Source of the DNA: an uncultured Actinomycetes bacterium
Lineage (GTDB): Bacteria > SZUA-79 > Acidulodesulfobacterales > Acidulodesulfobacteraceae
Direction of reading: 5' to 3'
Length of the DNA stretch: 64,000 bases
Assembly (NCBI GenBank): GCA_964631685.1
Contig: CAZVZU010000001.1
Coordinates: forward strand, 192,001-256,000
Shown here: positions 61,440 through 64,000 of the stretch, in pieces
How positions within the stretch are numbered: the first letter of the stretch is position 1
Layout: every line of letters begins with the position of its first letter
Position numbers and translations under genes: made by a program
Notes under the pieces: model-generated
The model's database searches: none
The model's input: the letters and a program-made list of their open reading frames with translations, nothing else
Told to the model about the DNA's origin: nothing

Positions 61440-63713
61440 ATGAGTCCTATAAATTTGATATTTTTATGGCATTTTCATCAACCCTATTATAAGGATAATT
61501 ACACAAAAGAGATATTAATGCCATGGACAAGGCTTCATGCTACTAAGGATTACTATTTCATGGGTGCTGTCCTTAAAAATTTCCCAAAAATACACGCTAC
61601 ATTTAATTACTCACCTTCATTGCTAACTCAATTAGACGGATATATAAATAACTACAAAGGTGCAATAGACAAGGAGAGATTTTTAAATATTTCAGACAAA
61701 AAAATCAATGAATTATCAAGAAATGATAAGTCATTCATTCTAAGGAAATTCTTTCCGGCATGCTCATCTAGCAATAATTTTTTAGAAAAAAGCGTCCGAT
61801 TCAAACAACTACACCAAAGATTACAAGACAATAAAGAAAAAATTGAATTATTTAATCCTCAAGATTACATAGATATAATTGTTTTATTTAACATGTCATG
61901 GATAGATCCTGTTTCAATAAATTCGGATAATTTTTTAGCAGAACTTAGAGATAAGGATAAAAATTTCACAGAATTAGAAAAACATAGATTAATAAACGAA
62001 AATATACCGACTATATTAAATAAGATATTCCCTTTATTGAAGGAGTTATCTGGTAGCGGTCAAATTGAGCTTTCAGCAAGCCCCTTCTATCACCCCATAT
62101 TGCCCCTTCTGTGCGATACTGATGTTGCAAGCTTCCACTTTAATAAAAATACACAACTTCCAAAACCCTTCAAACATCCTGAAGACGCTAATTATCAAAT
62201 TAAAAGTGCGATAAATTATTTCAAGAAAAAATTAAATTATAGCGTAAACGGAATGTGGCCGTCTGAGGGAAGCGTCAGCGAAAAAACTCTAAAACTTTTA
62301 ATTGACAACAATATTAAATGGGTAGCAACAGATGAAGATATACTTTCTAACTCCATAGGTGTTGATTTTTCAAACTTAAACAAAAGAAAACTTCTCTATA
62401 TGCCCTATGCAGTTAAAAGAGATAACGGATACTTATATATGTTTTTTAGGGACAGAATGCTTTCAGATTTAATCGGCTTTAAATACTCCAACTATGCACC
62501 TAAGACGGCTGCTAATGATTTAATTAATAACCTTAAGAATATATCTATAAGTGTACAAAATAACAACAAAAACGGTCTTTCAGTAGCATCTATAATATTA
62601 GACGGAGAAAATGCTTGGGAATATTATAAAAATAATGGATATGATTTTTTTAATTATCTTTATGAAGGGTTATCTAATAACACAGAAATTGTAAATACCG
62701 TTACGATTAGTGATTACATAAGAAAGGTAGAAAAAACATTAAACATAGCTAATGAAACAGCGGTAGGGCATGCTAAAACTTATAAATTTTTTGATATTAA
62801 ATGGAAAACCCAACAAACTTTAGATTCCTCTAAAATTTATAATATCCCCACTGTTTATCCCGGATCGTGGATTAATCACGATTTCAGAATATGGATAGGG
62901 GATAAGGAGGACAATAAGGCATGGAATTTACTCTCAAAAACGAGAGATTATCTTATGAGTAAAATGCATCAGTTCACATTAAAAGATGAAAGGTTCAGGT
63001 TGGCATGGGAACAAATTTATATAGCCGAGGGAAGCGACTATAATTGGTGGTATGGCGAAGATAGAACATCTGGAATAGACGAGGAATACGACCGATTATA
63101 CAGATCGCACCTTATAAATGTCTATAAATTTTTGAATGAAGAAAATCCACCCGACGATTACTATATCCCTATAATAGAGAGAAAGCGGGCAATTAAACCA
63201 ATGTTTGCTATAGTATCCTTTATTAATCCTAAAATTGACGGTGTTGTGGATAATTATTTTGAGTGGCTTGGAAGTGCGGTTTATTTTCCTAGCGTTTTGG
63301 CTGGAAAAGCAATGGCGCATACCGATAGATTTATAAGAAAACTCTTATATGGATTTAATGAGACAACTTTTTTTATGAGATTTGATTTTCTAAAAAGGAA
63401 AACCATTGAGCTAGAAGATAAAATATTAAAGATAGAATTCATCAATCCGGATAAATTTACGATAAACATAGAACTCAACAGAAAAGATTTATCTGATTCG
63501 CTAAAAGAGAACGGCATAAAAGCTGTGTTTAAAAATGTTTTAGAAATATCCGTACCAATTTCGGTTGTTAAATCAAGTAACTTAATAGATTTCTATATAA
63601 CTTTAACTTACAAGCATAATGCCATTACGGAAATAGAGCGTTTCCCTGTAGAAGGTTATTTTGAAACTACAATACCGGGTAAAAATTTTGAAATAATCAA
63701 TTGGCTTGTGTGA
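61440..63713 (+). CDS. glycoside hydrolase family 57 protein
   Basis: WHFHQP, PFYHPILP, WPSEG, ILDGENAWE, AEGSD..WW. Confidence 0.92.
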   Translation: MSPINLIFLWHFHQPYYKDNYTKEILMPWTRLHATKDYYFMGAVLKNFPKIHATFNYSPSLLTQLDGYINNYKGAIDKERFLNISDKKINELSRNDKSFILRKFFPACSSSNNFLEKSVRFKQLHQRLQDNKEKIELFNPQDYIDIIVLFNMSWIDPVSINSDNFLAELRDKDKNFTELEKHRLINENIPTILNKIFPLLKELSGSGQIELSASPFYHPILPLLCDTDVASFHFNKNTQLPKPFKHPEDANYQIKSAINYFKKKLNYSVNGMWPSEGSVSEKTLKLLIDNNIKWVATDEDILSNSIGVDFSNLNKRKLLYMPYAVKRDNGYLYMFFRDRMLSDLIGFKYSNYAPKTAANDLINNLKNISISVQNNNKNGLSVASIILDGENAWEYYKNNGYDFFNYLYEGLSNNTEIVNTVTISDYIRKVEKTLNIANETAVGHAKTYKFFDIKWKTQQTLDSSKIYNIPTVYPGSWINHDFRIWIGDKEDNKAWNLLSKTRDYLMSKMHQFTLKDERFRLAWEQIYIAEGSDYNWWYGEDRTSGIDEEYDRLYRSHLINVYKFLNEENPPDDYYIPIIERKRAIKPMFAIVSFINPKIDGVVDNYFEWLGSAVYFPSVLAGKAMAHTDRFIRKLLYGFNETTFFMRFDFLKRKTIELEDKILKIEFINPDKFTINIELNRKDLSDSLKENGIKAVFKNVLEISVPISVVKSSNLIDFYITLTYKHNAITEIERFPVEGYFETTIPGKNFEIINWLV

Positions 63714-63723
63714 TAAATATATT

Positions 63724-63751
63724 ATGTCCCATAATGAACATTATGTAAACT
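63724..63751 (+). other. dif: dif-like XerC/XerD recombination site
   Basis: ATGTCCCATAA-TGAACA-TTATGTAAACT, an 11-6-11 layout with inner ATAA/TTAT symmetry; intergenic between convergent genes. Confidence 0.82.
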
Positions 63752-63877
63752 ACTTAGTACTTTTCTTTTAAATGAGATTTGCCCGGGATTTCTAATGGAA
63801 TGACTTTAGGACGCAACCTGCAAAAATTATTTAAATCAGTGTCTCTCTGTTAAAAGTATGAATAGAGAAATTTTAGA

Positions 63878-64000
63878 TCAGTTGGTTTGCACTATTACCC
63901 AAGACGATGAACCGTCAGGTTGCACATTGACGTGTTCACCTGGATATAGGCAATGAAAGTTACTCATTTTATGCGTATTTTGAATGGTAATTATCTTACC
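63878..64000 (-). CDS. C-terminal fragment of a gene entering from the right edge (possibly a SlyB/Pcp-like lipoprotein)
   Basis: Open frame GKIITIQNTHKMSNFHCLYPGEHVNVQPDGSSSWVIVQTN*. Confidence 0.4.
   Translation of the reverse strand, partial: GKIITIQNTHKMSNFHCLYPGEHVNVQPDGSSSWVIVQTN

Noticed and set aside
26058..63751. T4SS as a dif-integrated island like the gonococcal genetic island
   Set aside because: About 23 kb of core genes (thiG, scpA, hemL, priA, miaB) separate it from the dif-like site, and no second dif copy was noticed

Overview
AT-rich bacterial chromosomal segment. Gene content and the very basic periplasmic proteins suggest an acidophilic, deltaproteobacteria-like organism (inference only). 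Most of the window is housekeeping: lysC, cimA, fba, a cobU-cobT-cobS-cbiA-thiC/bzaF-like cobamide operon, rng, purC, ugd, manC, thiS/thiG, rluB, scpA, hemL, priA, miaB, a GH57 gene and four tRNAs (fMet, Sec, Ser-GGA, Ala-CGC). Four features stand out. (1) A ~14.5 kb VirB/VirD4-like type IV secretion locus (26058-40572) has no visible relaxase, integrase, att repeats or VirB11. It contains a RavA/MoxR-type AAA+ ATPase, is interrupted by an antisense cbiB gene, and both halves are preceded by the same 89-bp promoter block (78/89 identical) carrying a TGTAAC-N5-TGTAAT repeat. (2) A TPP riboswitch heads an operon with a CofH-family radical SAM gene coupled to thiS-thiG and no thiH/thiO. (3) A multiply inactivated orphan cmr1 (type III-B CRISPR) relic lies next to tRNA-Ala. 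(4) A 28-bp dif-like XerCD site sits at 63724-63751. All calls were made by eye from motifs; no searches were run.
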